Shown: one piece after another, positions 29,900 to 43,333 of the stretch | Layout: each line of letters starts with the position of its first letter | Position numbering within the stretch: the first letter of the stretch is position 1 | NCBI RefSeq assembly: GCF_035084215.1 | Contig: NC_090370.1 | Coordinates: forward strand, 26,846,001 to 26,910,000 | DNA: 64,000 nucleotides | DNA from: Heptranchias perlo | Lineage: Eukaryota | Reading direction: 5' to 3' | Position numbers and translations under genes: made by a program | Notes under the pieces: model-generated | Told to the model about the DNA's origin: nothing | Database searches by the model: none | The model's input: only the letters and a program-made list of their open reading frames with translations

Positions 29900-31620
29900 A
29901 TGTCCAAAAACTTCATAGTGTCAGAATGAAATGTACAGTTTCAATTCATTCACTGCAGACTGAGGTACACATTAGATACCAGTCCAAAATTCTCATACAG
30001 TATAAGACTGAAAGAGAGAGTATCAAACACATTAGTGCAGACTGAGCAACACATCACATACCAGTCCATAAATCTCAGTGTCAGGTTGAAAGATACAGTA
30101 TCAATTCCATAAGTGCAGATTGAGCTCCACATTATAGACCAGTCCAAAATTCGCATAAAGTATCGTACTGGAAGATACAGTATCAATCCCATTAGTGCAG
30201 ACTGAGGTGTACATTGGATACCAGTCCAAAAGTCACATTCAGTGTCAAATTGAAAGATACAGTATCAATCCCATTAGTGCAGACTGAGGTATACATTAGA
30301 TACCAGTCCAAAAGTCACATTCAGTGTCAAATTGAAAGATACAGTATCAATTCCATTAGTGTAGACTGAACTACACCTTACAAACCAGTCTAAATATATT
30401 ACACAGTATCAGACTGAAAGTTACAGTTTGAATTCCATTCGTACAGACTGAGCTACACATTTTATATCGTCCAAAAATCTGATATATTATCATACTGAAA
30501 CACACAGTATGAATCCTTTTAGTGTAGACTCAGCGACACATAACAAAGCAGTCCAAAAATCCCTCGCTGTGTCTGTCTGAAAGTTAGAGTGTCAATTCCA
30601 TTGGTACAGACAGAACCACACATCACATACCAGTCCAAAAATCTCATACAGTGTCAGCCTGAAACATACAGTGTCAATTCCATTAGTACAGACTGAGCTA
30701 CACCGAACGCACCAATCCAAAAATCTCATACAGTGTCAGACTGAAACATACAGTATCAATTCCATTAGTACAGACTGAGCGACACCGAACACACCAATCC
30801 AAAAATCTCATACAGTGTCAGACTGAAAGATACAATATCAATTCCATTAGCCCAGACTGAGCTACACAATAAATACCAGTCCAATAATTTCACAGTAAAA
30901 GGTTGAAGTGAACATTATCTTCACAGAGATTAAGATAAAATCACACAACAAAACTCACACATTTTTTTGATTAAAACAAAATCCAAAATCGTATACATAT
31001 TTACACATTAATGCTGGACAAAAGATTTGCATACATTTGTGAATTAAAGACACAGTTTCAAGCACCATACTGCAACCTGAAATAAGAATACAGAACGAAT
31101 CCAGACTTGCACTTTGCCCAGAGACTGAGTTACAGAATGAATCCCACACTGAGATAAAATACCAGAGATCGAGAGACACCGAATGAATCCCACACTCACA
31201 GATAGCACCAGAGATTGACAGATACCGAATGAATCCCACACTCACACACATTCCCAGAGATTGACAGATACCAAATGAATCCCACACTCACACACATTCC
31301 CAGAGATTGACAGAAACAGAATGAATCCCACACTCACAAATAGCAGCAGAGATTGACAGATACCGAATGAATATCACACTCACACACAGTACCAGAGACT
31401 AACAGATACAGAATGAATCCCACACTCACACACAGTATCAGAGACTGACAGATACAGAATGAATCCCACACTCACACACAGTACCAGAGACTAACAGATA
31501 CAGAATGAATCCCACACTCACAGACTGTACTGGAGACTGACGGATACAGAATGAATATCACGCTCACATACAGTATCAGAGACTGACAGACAGAGAATTA
31601 ATCTCACACTCTTATACAAT
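29900..31620. repeat. Compound minisatellite: ~81-bp units (29900-30890) then 46-bp units (31130-31620)
   Basis: CAGTCCAAAAATCTCATACAGTGTCAGACTGAAAGATACAGTATCAATTCCATTAG.. and CAGTACCAGAGACTGACAGATACAGAATGAATCCCACACTCACACA periodicities. Confidence 0.9.
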
Positions 31621-31994
31621 CTGACATCTACTGGCCATAAGTGAGAACTGTAACAAAGTGGAACAAATTCACATTATCTGTCGTTGTTATAGATTCAGGA
31701 CAATGTGCAATGTGAGGAAATAGTTTCTCTCTGTAACTTCTACTCTCGTATTTTTTCATATTTTGTCAGTGAAAAATTGGACAATTGATTCATAATAAAG
31801 TTTTTGTTTTGCTCATTCGAAAGTTGCCCCATTGTATTTCACTCTGCATTGCGCAATATTTCTGTCTGATTTCTCAGGACACGATTTATATTAATCCAAA
31901 TAAACCAAACTGAAACACAAATAAAAACTGAGTGCAAATCTGGAAGTTTCAATGGCGACCGTCAAAAGTGAAAGGGATAAAATATAGAAAAAAT

Positions 31995-32100
31995 TAAAAC
32001 CGAAAATGCTGGAAAGACTCAGCAGGTCCGGCAGCATCTGTGGAGAAGGGAAGCTCGGGTTAACGGTTCAGGACAATAACCCTTCTCTCGATCAGAAAGG
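31995..32100 (-). mobile_element. Short Penelope-type terminal-repeat fragment (inverted copy at ~55140-55250)
   Basis: GAAAATGCTGGAAAGACTCAGCAGGTCCGGCAGCATCTGTGGAG, recalled as a common chondrichthyan PLE-derived repeat; ribozyme core eroded. Confidence 0.5.
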
Positions 32101-32377
32101 TTAATCCGACAAAAATTTAAATAAGGAACGGGAATCAGCAGAGGGAAAACCTTCAGAAAATCAATTAATTTCACTGAATCCGAGGAATTGAGTCCCGTAT
32201 CCACCATTCAGATCAGGGCAAATAATAATACAAAGGAACAGAGGTAAATTCAACGTTATGGGGGAAATAAATGAATTTTAGAAGTATTTTTACATGAATT
32301 AAACCCGTTTGTGTTTTGGCAACACTATCCCTCTGAACATCATCAAATTCAGTTCCAATCTTGGTGTTTCTGAATTC

Positions 32378-32447
32378 AGCGTGCTGGGATTCAAACCATT
32401 TGGAATTAACTGCTTGGAAGGCAGCTATACTCACCATTATAGCGCCT
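32378..32447 (-). pseudogene. Degenerate tRNA-Gly(TCC) copy
   Basis: Minus strand TGGTGAGTATAGCTGCCTTCCAAGCAGTTAA..GGTTTGAATCCCAGC; acceptor stem lost. Confidence 0.75.
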
Positions 32448-32609
32448 TATTTCACCAGGAGGGAGAAGTGGAGTGTTTCTGTGGAGTTTCGGACTGAATT
32501 GCTCCCTTTGGGTTTCTGGCACTTTAATCATAGACAATAAATAGTTCCCAAACATCAGTCCCTGAACAGACACAACAAGCTGGTGGAATTTCTCATTCAT
32601 AGATATTAA

Positions 32610-33545
32610 ATAAGAGGATGGCAAAAACGAATAGGAAGAGGTTCGGAAGAAGTCACAAAAACAATTAGGGAAGCAAACAGGAACCAGGAAATCAAATTAT
32701 CAAGGAATATAAAAATAAATGGTAAATTATTCCACTGACCCAAAAATATCAAAAAGAAAATCAGAATTGATTGAGTGCCACTAAGGGATGCACAAGATAA
32801 ACTCACAGGTAACGTCAGCGAAATGGCAGAAATATTGAATTGTTACTTTGCCTCAGTATTTACCCGAGAGATTAACAGGGTGAATATATTAGAAAGGGTG
32901 GTTAAACTCCTGGTCCAGATAGATTGCATCTGTGCATATTAAATGAAGCAAGGGGAGAGATAGCAGAGGCACTGTTACATATATAGGAAAAAATCATCAC
33001 AAAAAGGAATAGTGCCAGAGGACTGGATGACAGCTAATGTGATTCTTATATTTTAAATCAGGTGATAGAACAAGTCCAGGGAACGATAGACCAGTTAACT
33101 AAAGGTCGGTGGTAGGATTGATCATGGAATCCTTCACTCAATGAAGCAACAGAAAAACATCCAGAAACCGAAAATACAATAAAACAGTTTGACAGAAGGT
33201 TGACAGTTTAATTTACAGTTCAACATAACTTATTTGCTTTTCAATTCTATTCCGCTAGAAATAAACCCCAGTGCTGTGTTCGATTTTATGTCCTTATCAT
33301 CCTGTGCTGCTACTTTTAATGATTTGTCAATCTGTACCCCGAAATCCCTTTGCTCTTTTACCCCATTTAGACTCTTATTTTCCAAGCAGTATGTGGCCTC
33401 CTTATTCCCCCAAGCAAAATGCACCACCTCACACCTTTCAATATGGAAATTCAATGGCCATTTACACCGCCTTTCGGCAAGCTTATTAATTCTTCTTGTA
33501 TTTTGTCGCTTTCTTCCTCAGTATAGGCTATGCCCCCTAAATTAA
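32610..33545. mobile_element. Old CR1 fragments (+ strand 32610-33190; - strand 33230-33545); inverted copies at 53640-54630
   Basis: PLRDAQDKLTGNVSEMAEILNCYFASVFT; MNFHIERCEVVHF..VKEQRDFGVQIDKSLK. Confidence 0.8.
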
Positions 33546-34007
33546 TTACAAGAATTTAACACAGCATTACAACTAATGTTTGGTCCAACAAAATGTACTT
33601 GCAGCTCGTCTCCATTCCCAGTTTTTCTAAATCCCACTCGTGCAATATAATGTGAAGAATTAGTTTCTGTTCTGTCCCTCTCTCATCTGCAAACTTCACT
33701 GTCCCGGGGTTTGGGGACATCTACTGGCCGGAAGCAGAACTGCAACAGTTCGGAACAAATTGCTGAAACCGGACAATGTGCAGTGTGAGCGTGTTTGTGA
33801 TTGGTGGCAGGTACTAAATCTGATTGGATATCTGAAGAAACCAATCAGAGAGTTACAGTTAATAATTATTGTGACCTCACTCCCAATGACCCAATCACAA
33901 TCATTGCCTTCACCCATCCCTCATTACCATAGGGCTGTGGGGCTGCCGATTTAATCCGAGCTCGGAGCAGATTTCGGTCATTTCTGGGTCTGAAATTGAG
34001 TTTGAAA

Positions 34008-34382
34008 ATGCCTGAGGACAAGAAAGCAGCTCCCAAGAAGGGCGCCAAGAAAACCTTGAATAAAGCACCGGGCAAGGGCGGCAAGAAGCGGAGAAAGTCG
34101 AGGAAGGAGAGTTACTCCATCTACATCTACAAAGTGATGAAGCAGGTTCACCCCGACACCGGCATCTCGTCCAAGGCCATGAGCATCATGAACTCCTTTG
34201 TGACCGATATTTTCGAGCGCATCGCAGGTGAGGCTTCCCGCCTGGCCCATTACAACAAGCGGGCGACGATCAGCTCCCGGGAGATCCAGACCGCCGTGCG
34301 CCTGCTGCTGCCTGGGGAACTGGCCAAGCACGCCGTGTCAGAAGGGACAAAGGCGGTGACCAAATACACCAGCTCCAAGTAA
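34008..34382 (+). CDS. H2B: Histone H2B (replication-dependent, 124 aa)
   Basis: [46 protein letters not shown]; intronless; CCAAT boxes upstream. Confidence 0.97.
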   Translation: MPEDKKAAPKKGAKKTLNKAPGKGGKKRRKSRKESYSIYIYKVMKQVHPDTGISSKAMSIMNSFVTDIFERIAGEASRLAHYNKRATISSREIQTAVRLLLPGELAKHAVSEGTKAVTKYTSSK

Positions 34383-34409
34383 AACTCCACAATGAAGTGA
34401 AAAAAAAAC

Positions 34410-34450
34410 GGCTCTTTTAGGAGCCACCCACAACCTCTCTGAAAGAGCTG
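34410..34450 (+). terminator. Histone 3' stem-loop (variant with top U-G pair) plus HDE
   Basis: GGCTCT TTTA GGAGCC ACCCA..GAAAGAGCTG. Confidence 0.9.
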
Positions 34451-35041
34451 CATTTTCTCTATATTTACTTAGGATCATTTTATTGCAGCAATATTATTAT
34501 TCCAATCGAAAAGTGACTCGAACTGGCCCCAAGAATGAACACGAGTTTATGATCCGCTCCTTCCCATTTGCTTTGTTCTTAAAGCATTACTATTCTGGCC
34601 TCTCATCCTCTTGATGACCCCCTTCGCTGTTCCGTTCTATGAATGCAGTTTCTGAAATGTTTCTGGACTGACGTGAAAATCCCCAGATTAACAGTAACCC
34701 CACCCCTTGCAGTAACAGCGGAATCGGGGCAGAATGAGAGCTCCGTCCTGGTCCCTCTTTTCACAGAAGCTCTCCCGGCTCTGAGAAGGGAACAATGCAT
34801 AAAGTGTCACTTTTATAAAGACTAAATTCAAATGTGTCCTTTCACGGAATGCTGTGAATGGGGCTTTAGTCCCGTCCGGTGCAGTTTGAAAGCGATGGTC
34901 GAATGAGCCATAATTTGAAGCAGATTTTAAAACAGAGGAAGCGATTAGTGACGGGGAGCGCTGAATAAGACAAGATAAAAAGAACGGGTTTAAAATCTTG
35001 TGCTCAGGGCGACATTGATCGAAATCCGATCCTTCACTGCA

Positions 35042-35067
35042 CTGAAATTGGCGGGCTTTTTGAAATT
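35042..35067 (+). promoter_or_regulatory. E2F/CDE-CHR-like composite element upstream of H2A
   Basis: GGCGG-GCTT-TTTGAA within a 26-mer that is identical to one upstream of H3. Confidence 0.65.
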
Positions 35068-35211
35068 CATAAAATTCCTGGTCTGATCGTTGAGGCCGGT
35101 AAATCCCGCCCTCTTCTAATTTCCAGCTATCTGATTGGTTAACGAAATAGGCAAATGAGGTGTAATAAGGTACAACCAATCAGATGCTCTTTCAGACCAT
35201 AAGAAGGGTAA

Positions 35212-35640
<429 letters not shown>

Positions 35641-35670
35641 AGCGGCCAAGATTTAATCTGATAACCCAAA

Positions 35671-35686
35671 GGCTCTTTTCAGAGCC
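35671..35686 (+). terminator. Histone 3' stem-loop
   Basis: GGCTCTTTTCAGAGCC followed by ACCCA and GAAAAAGCTG. Confidence 0.95.
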
Positions 35687-36794
35687 ACCCACTGTATCTT
35701 TGAAAAAGCTGATTACTGTCTGAAGAGTCAGGAATCAATTTAATAAGGACTTGATTCCGATTCTGGAACTAACAATAACTTGTTAATTGCAAATGATCCA
35801 GATCGGTCTGTTGAAGTACTCGCTTCCGGACAGCAGATGTCGCCAACCTCCAATAGATTGATATTTGCAGTTTGTGTGGTGAATGAGACAAAATATCAAA
35901 ATTGTCATTAAACTGGGCGGGTGGGACACAGAAATACCTGGGACGTTTGATCATCGGCATCAAGAGGCATTCTGTTGTGTTCCACCCAATATCATTTACA
36001 GTCTCATCCTCCGACAACACTTGCTCGGTCTGTGTTATTTTACCCAGATTTGTGCAACAGAAGCTGACTGATGTGTTGAATCTTGTGTCAGCGATTGCTG
36101 AATCAAGAATGTGAGTGAAATTTGCCCGTGTTATTGGATGTGCTTGAGGGATTGATTCTGTCCCTGTATCAGTTACGAGTGTTCGTGAATGTCACACTAA
36201 TGTTTTACACTGCTTCTGATTCTAGCGCTGATAGAGAGCAAGACACACTGCCTTTCGATCTATTAGTGCGAGTTACATTGAAACAGCCTCTGCCACTATA
36301 TCTGCAGGGGGACAACAGACTGAAACGTTATTTAATCCGAGTCTGGTTCCTTACATCCAGCATGGGTTTTCGGTCCCGTCCGATTGCACCTGTCCTTTCT
36401 GCAGCTGTTTGCCAGAACTTTCTCTGTCCGAATGAGGCACTGGTGGTGATGAGAGTCAGTCTGGTGGAATTCACCTCCCTCCAGTCCTGCGTGTGTGTGA
36501 AAATGAAACTGTCTCCGTTTCAAATTCCTCATGTTGGTTAGTCTGGAATTGGCACTCCTCTCTGGTGCTGAATCTTCGTCCAAAATGAACAGCTGCTGTT
36601 TCTGCCACAAAACGTGGATCGGCTCATGTTCCCATCTCTCCACTTTTATGATGGGCCAACAGATTGTCAGGCCTTCCCGTCTGACATCCGCTCACTCCCC
36701 TTTATGCATTTCCCATTTAATCAAATTTCTGTGAACTACACGGCCCTGCGATTTCAACCCCAGAGATCACAGCTCTTTCCTTTGCTGATTTGGT

Positions 36795-36810
36795 GGCTCT
36801 GAAAAGAGCC
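36795..36810 (-). terminator. Histone 3' stem-loop (H3)
   Basis: Minus strand GGCTCTTTTCAGAGCC, HDE GAAAGAGCTG downstream. Confidence 0.95.
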
Positions 36811-36843
36811 TTTGTTGCACTTGGTGCTGAAGCCGGGTCGGGT

Positions 36844-37383
<540 letters not shown>

Positions 37384-37497
37384 TCAGGGAGGGACCGCCC
37401 CTGGCCTGTGATTGGCAGATTTGAACCGAAGTCTGACAGTCAGAACGAAACGGCGGGAGGTCTTGGGCCCCAATTGGCTGAGCTGAATTTAATCATC

Positions 37498-37523
37498 AAT
37501 TTCAAAAAGCCCGCCAATTTCAG
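37498..37523 (-). promoter_or_regulatory. E2F/CDE-CHR-like element upstream of H3 (second copy 37732-37746)
   Basis: Reverse complement CTGAAATTGGCGGGCTTTTTGAAATT. Confidence 0.65.
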
Positions 37524-38117
37524 AGCATCAAATAACAGTTTGAAGAAAATCTCATTTCGCTCCAACAATTTAAGAATCTCTCTCTTTATAATCTCCATTA
37601 TTTCCTACTCCTCAGCACAAATCTCAGGCTGTTTCACATTCCGGTTCATTCTCTGACCTGTCTGTGAACGGGCGGGAATAAAGTCCCGGTCATTGCTTTC
37701 CGTCGGAAGCGGGACAAAGTCCAGCTTCGATTTCAAAAATCCCGCCAGTTCCGGCCCGGTGAACGGCTCCTCAAACAGAAACTTCACATCGAACTGATAT
37801 TTGAATGAGGGCAAGAAATAAACACCGAGCAGAGAGAACACAGCGGGAGAGGGAGTGAGGAGGGATTTTACTCTGAGTGAAGAATGTAATGTCTGTGGAA
37901 AGACTCTGCATCCCCGCCTGTTCATTTATACCGTGAAACCGGGAATTCCGCTCCTTCTCTCGGGATGGCCGAGAACCCCGGCCATTTTTCTGATCTCCCT
38001 GTAACGAGTGCTGGAGAAATCTCCCCATATTAATAGAATATCGGAAACTACTTCCCCACCCCGAGATCGTCCCACTCCCCCTTCCCAGGTCACTGCTCTC
38101 TCTGTGAGGCGGTGGGT

Positions 38118-38133
38118 GGCTCTTAGAAGAGCC
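38118..38133 (-). terminator. Histone 3' stem-loop (H4)
   Basis: Minus strand GGCTCTTCTAAGAGCC ACCCA. Confidence 0.93.
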
Positions 38134-38168
38134 TTTGTTTTGTGTTTGGTTGGAAAGGGTCGAGTCGT

Positions 38169-38489
<321 letters not shown>

Positions 38490-38574
38490 TCACTGAAATG
38501 AACAGCGAACTCGTGCTGGTTCCCTTTTTTATGCAGACTGCCCCGACCTGACTGAAACATGCACAGAGTGAAAG

Positions 38575-38915
38575 TGGGAGGGGAGGAGACAAGTGAGATA
38601 TTAAACAGGGAGGGGAGGAGACAGAGTGAGATATTAAACAGGGAGGGGAGGAGACAGAGTGAGATATTAAACAGGGAGGGGAGGAGACAGAGTGAGATAT
38701 TAAACAGGGAGGGGCGGAGACAGAGTGAGATATTAAACAGGGAGGGGCGGAGACAGAGTGAGATATTAAACAGGGAGGGGAGGAGACAGAGTGAGATATT
38801 AAACAGGGAGGGGCGGAGACAGAGTGAGAAATTAAACAGGGAGGGGCGGAGACAGAGTGAGAAATTAAACAGAGAGGGGAGGAGACAGAGTGAGAAATTA
38901 AACAGGGAGGGGCGA
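38575..38915. repeat. 33-bp minisatellite in the H4 promoter (~10 units)
   Basis: GAGACAGAGTGAGATATTAAACAGGGAGGGG(A/C)G repeated. Confidence 0.95.
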
Positions 38916-39594
38916 GAGAGTCATAGTGATGGACAGGGCGGAGAGCGGTCTCTGATCTTCCAGCTCCAACTCCAGCTTTCTCCATCCGCCAATTTTAAAC
39001 CGTTCATCGATAATAGAACCGAATCACAGCGCTCCGCACAAACCCTTACAAACTCGGGCTTCATATCCAAGGATTTACAGAAACCCGGAGCTTTTAAATA
39101 AGCCCCGTTACAATTATCAGTCAGTAATATTCCTGCCTAAATACAGTCCCTTCTATAACTGGTCAACCCGCCTGCTTCCATTTCAGTCCCAGACCCGATT
39201 CTATCTCCCACACATTCCCTCCCAGACGGATTCAGCAGTTTACAAACACATTATTCCAGCTGATTTGGAGAATCTCATGTGTTGGGGTTTGAATTGTGAT
39301 AGCGGCGGATCTCCGCCAGTTTTCCCCTGTCACGTACCCTGGCCCTGAATCTGTGAGAAAAAGAATGAACTGGGACTGGAGGTGAACACGCCCCCAGTTA
39401 CAGTGAGGCCCGGCCCGGGTATCCCATTCTCTCTATTTTATATCAGACAGTGGGAGTGGGGCGGGGGGAGCGAATGTCAGCGAGTCACCAGGACCCTGGG
39501 TTTATTGTAAATGATTTCTATCTGAAATCTGAGCCCGGCCCCGGGACAGGAATCATCTGATTCCGGGATCAGCTCTTTTCTGAGAGACGTGGGT

Positions 39595-39610
39595 GGCTCT
39601 GAGAAGAGCC
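39595..39610 (-). terminator. Histone 3' stem-loop (H1)
   Basis: Minus strand GGCTCTTCTCAGAGCC ACCCA..GAAAAGAGCTG. Confidence 0.93.
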
Positions 39611-39646
39611 GTTGGGTTCAGATGTTCATAAGTTGCACTTGATTTT

Positions 39647-40218
39647 TTACTTCTTTTTGCCTGCTGCTTTCTTCGGTTTGGGCTTGGCGCTCGGTTTTTG
39701 TACCTTCTTCGCCTTCGCCTTCACTGGCTTGGGGGTCTTGGGCTTCTTCACAGCCGCTTTCTTCTTAATTGGTGATTTCGCCCCCTTCTTTGTGGTCGAT
39801 TTCTTGACCGCTGGTTTCTTGGCCGTTAATTTCCTGGCCGCTGGTTTCTTTCCGGGAGATTTCTTGGTTCCTTGTTTCTTCACCTTCTTTCCCACTTTTT
39901 CCTGGGCTTCCTTCTTAGCGACTCTGAAGGAGCCCGAGGCGCCCGTGCCCTTGATCTGCACCAGGGAGCCTTTTTCCACATTTCTCTTGATACTTAATTT
40001 GATCTGGGTCCGGTGCTTCTCCACATCCAGGCCTTTGGTAGCCAGAATCTTCTTTATCGCGGCCAGGGATATCCCCTTGCGATCCTTGCAATCTTGAGGA
40101 TCTGTTCGCCCAATTTGGGACCGGCTGTCTTGGGTCGGTGAACCGCCTTCTTCTTCTTCGGAGCATTGGTTTGAGCGGCAGCGGGAGGTGCGGTTTCGGC
40201 GGCTGCAGTATCTGTCAT
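39647..40218 (-). pseudogene. H1: Histone H1 with a frameshift near 40090
   Basis: [23 protein letters not shown] in one frame; [29 protein letters not shown] and the Lys-rich tail in another; ATG-to-stop length 572 nt is not a multiple of 3. Confidence 0.9.
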
Positions 40219-40294
40219 GTCCGGGACTCTGAAGAAAATCTCTCTGACAGTCAGAGCTGGGTCAGAAATGAAACGAGAGGCGGCGGCACAGAGC

Positions 40295-40370
40295 AACTTA
40301 AAGGCCCAGAGCGGACGGGGCGGAGACAACCTGCTGTCAGCTCTCGGCACCTCCAGCCTCTCTGTGTTTC
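40295..40370 (-). promoter_or_regulatory. H1 promoter: AC-box AAACACA (40363-40369), GC box, TATA-like TTTAAG
   Basis: Motif matches upstream of the H1 ATG. Confidence 0.65.
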
Positions 40371-41756
40371 TCTCTCCTCTTAAACTACCCGATTCTAATT
40401 ATAATAGGGCACTCCAGAGTCCCAGACTAGCCCCTTCCCATCTCAAACACCGGAATGTTTGCTGTCGAAAAACTTTCACCGGAATTAAAAGCACCAGTTT
40501 CGATTTAAACCCGTTTCATTGCTGCACTGATCGCGCTCTCTCACCCGATCGCTGACATGATTTCTGTTTTTCGGCTGAAATCTTGAATTGGACAAAAACC
40601 GTACCTTAAATTTTCACTTCGGGTCTCGGCAGGGGAGGAGGGCGATCCTTTGACAGGGATTTAAAAAAAAATACTCAAAAGGGACTCGGACATCCGGCGA
40701 TGAGACCGGCCACACAAACACAGTGACATTAATCTGACCCGCCCGCCCATTTCACACACTCTCTCTGACACAATGTTCACATCTGTACATTCACAGGACA
40801 AACTGTTCGCCACATTGACAATTCCCGGGACAAGCTTTCCTCCCCGCTCGGCCTGTGCTGCGGATTCTCGGGGGTTGGTTGTAGTTTCCCAGCTCAGTAA
40901 CTGTTAAACACTCTGAGGCCGGCGCTCCTCACAGTGTCCGGTCTCCAGATTCAGGGACAGGAGCCAATCACAGCTCTGGCTGTGATAATCCACATCTGCT
41001 TTTACATTATTATATTGTTCGCACACAGAAATATGTTTGGTTAAGTTGAAAATTCAAATTATCCGCTCTGGGCTCCTCCAGTCTCTCTGTGTTTCCTTCT
41101 CCTGCTAAACTGACTGACAGGCAATAGTAACTGGCGTCCGATCCATCCCATTCTCCACACCCAGAGACGGCGAGTCACTGAATAAATTCAACACTCACAG
41201 ACAGTCCGGAGTCAGACTGTTACAGGCTGTTTCTCGCCACCTTTACTTTTCGGCGGATAAATGCACCGTCAGACCGGCTCATATACAGTAGAAGGGAGAG
41301 TAATCGTCTCACCAACAGCACACAGACACAGAATCAGTCTTTCACATTCCATCAGTGGGTCTATATTACGCTCAGTAACAGTGTCCCGCATTCATGTGCA
41401 GAACTAAAGAGAGAGAGAGAGAGACGGAGCGGCTGATAAACGGACAGACAGAGACACAGTCAGACAGACGCAGAATCAGTCTCACACATCCCATCAATGT
41501 GTCCGTTTCACGCTCAGTAAACATTATCCCAGCTTCATGTACAGCACTAGAGAGAGAGAGATACAGACAGGCACAGTATCAGTCTCACACTTCCCATCAG
41601 TGTGTCTGTATCATGCTCAATAACAGTATCGCACCTCCATATAAAGTACAAGAGAGACAGAGAAACTGAGCTGTAATGAGCGGTATTCGCCCAGTAACAA
41701 ATAGGGAACTATTCCATTCCAATTGCTGTTCCAAGGTTGAATAATTTTAATTGAAA

Positions 41757-41795
41757 ATCACAAACTTTCGGAGGCTTCCTCCTTCCTCAGGTGAA
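41757..41795 (-). ncRNA. Minimal hammerhead-ribozyme motif (inverted pLTR copy)
   Basis: Minus strand TTCAC CTGAGGA A GGAGG AAG CCTCC GAAAGTTT GTGAT. Confidence 0.6.
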
Positions 41796-42112
41796 TGTGG
41801 AAATGAAATCCTCGAAACTTTCGCATTTATAAATCACAGAACAATAGCTGGTGATTACAGAAAGTCTTTCCAACTGCCCGTTGCCAAGGCAATCAAAGTG
41901 TTCAGACAGAGAGGTGTTACCTACAGGGCCATCGAATATAGGGGATGGCCTCTTTGACATGGTTCGGGTGGAAGCTGGAAAAGTGGAGCATCGTGAGGTT
42001 GTCCGTGGGCTTGCGGTGGAGTGAGGTGCTGAGGTGCCCGTCTTTGATGGAGATTCGTGTGTCCAAGAAAGAAACTGATTCTGAGGAGTAGTCCAAGAAA
42101 GAAACTGATTCT

Positions 42113-43031
42113 GAGCACCTCACTCTCCCGCAAGACCACGGACAACCTCACCATGCTCCACTTTTCCAGCTTCCACCCTAACCACGTCAAAGAGGCCATC
42201 CCCTATGGACAGGCCCTGCGAATACACAGGGTCTGCTCAGACGAGGAGGAACGCGATGGACACCTACAGACGCTGAGAGACGCCCTAGTAAGAACGGGAT
42301 ATGACGCTGGACTCATCGATCGACAGTTCCGACGGGCCACAGCGAAAAATCCCAGAGACCTCCTCAGAAGACTAACACGGGACGCAACCAACAGAGTACC
42401 CTTCGTCGTCCAGTACTTCCCCGGAGCGGAGAAACTACGCCATGTTCTCCGCAGCCTTCAACATGTCATCAATGACGACGAACACCTCGCTATGGCCATC
42501 CCCACACCTCCACTACTCGCCTTTAAACAGCCACCCAACCTCAAACAGACCATCGTTCGCAGCAAATTACCCAGCTTTCAGGAGAACAGCGTCCACGACA
42601 CCACACAACCCTGCCACGGTAACCTCTGCAAGACATGCCAGATCATCGACACAGATACCACCATCACACGAGAGGACACCACCCACCAGGTACATGGTTC
42701 ATACTCCTGTGACTCGGCCAACGTTGTCTACCTCATACGTTGCAGGAAAGGATGCCCCAGAGCATGGGACATTGGCGAGACCATGCAGACGCTGCGACAA
42801 CAGATGAACGGACACCGCACAACAATCGCCAGACAGGAGGGTTCCCTCCCAGTCGGGGAACACTTCAGCAGTCAAGGACATTCAGCCACCGAACTTCGGG
42901 TAACCGTACTCCAAGGCGGCCTTCGAGACACACGACAATGCAAAATCGTCGAGCAGAAATTGATAGCCAAATTCCGCACCCATGAGGGCGGCCTCAACCG
43001 GGATCTTGGGTTCATGTCACACTACACGTAA
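42113..43031 (+). CDS. Penelope ORF C-terminus: RT thumb plus GIY-YIG endonuclease (partial, TE-encoded)
   Basis: LHFSSFHPNHVKEAIPYGQALRIHRVCS; CKTCQII; CDSANVVYLIRC..WDIGET..R..HR; EHF; EQKLI..GLN. Confidence 0.88.
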
Positions 43032-43294
43032 CCCCACCAGCGAACAAAAGTTATCTGTTTTTAATATAACGGGTCATTTGCTGTCTTTCTCTTCCTTCCG
43101 GATGTTTCTATGTTTCTGCCACTCTCTCTCTGTTTTTTTTTGGTTGTTTGTATATTCTGTGGCCCTGTAGGTAACACCTCTCTGTCTGAACACTTTGATT
43201 GCCTTGGCAACGGGCAGTTGGAAAGACTTCTGCAATCACCAGGTATTGTTCTGTGATTTATAAATGCGAAAGGTTCGAGGATTTCATTTCCACA

Positions 43295-43333
43295 TTCACC
43301 TGAGGAAGGAGGAAGCCTCCGAAAGCTTGTGAT
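43295..43333 (+). ncRNA. Minimal hammerhead-ribozyme motif in Penelope pLTR
   Basis: TTCAC CTGAGGA A GGAGG-AAG-CCTCC GAAAGCTT GTGAT: CUGANGA and GAAA cores, stem II, palindromic AGCT. Confidence 0.75.
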
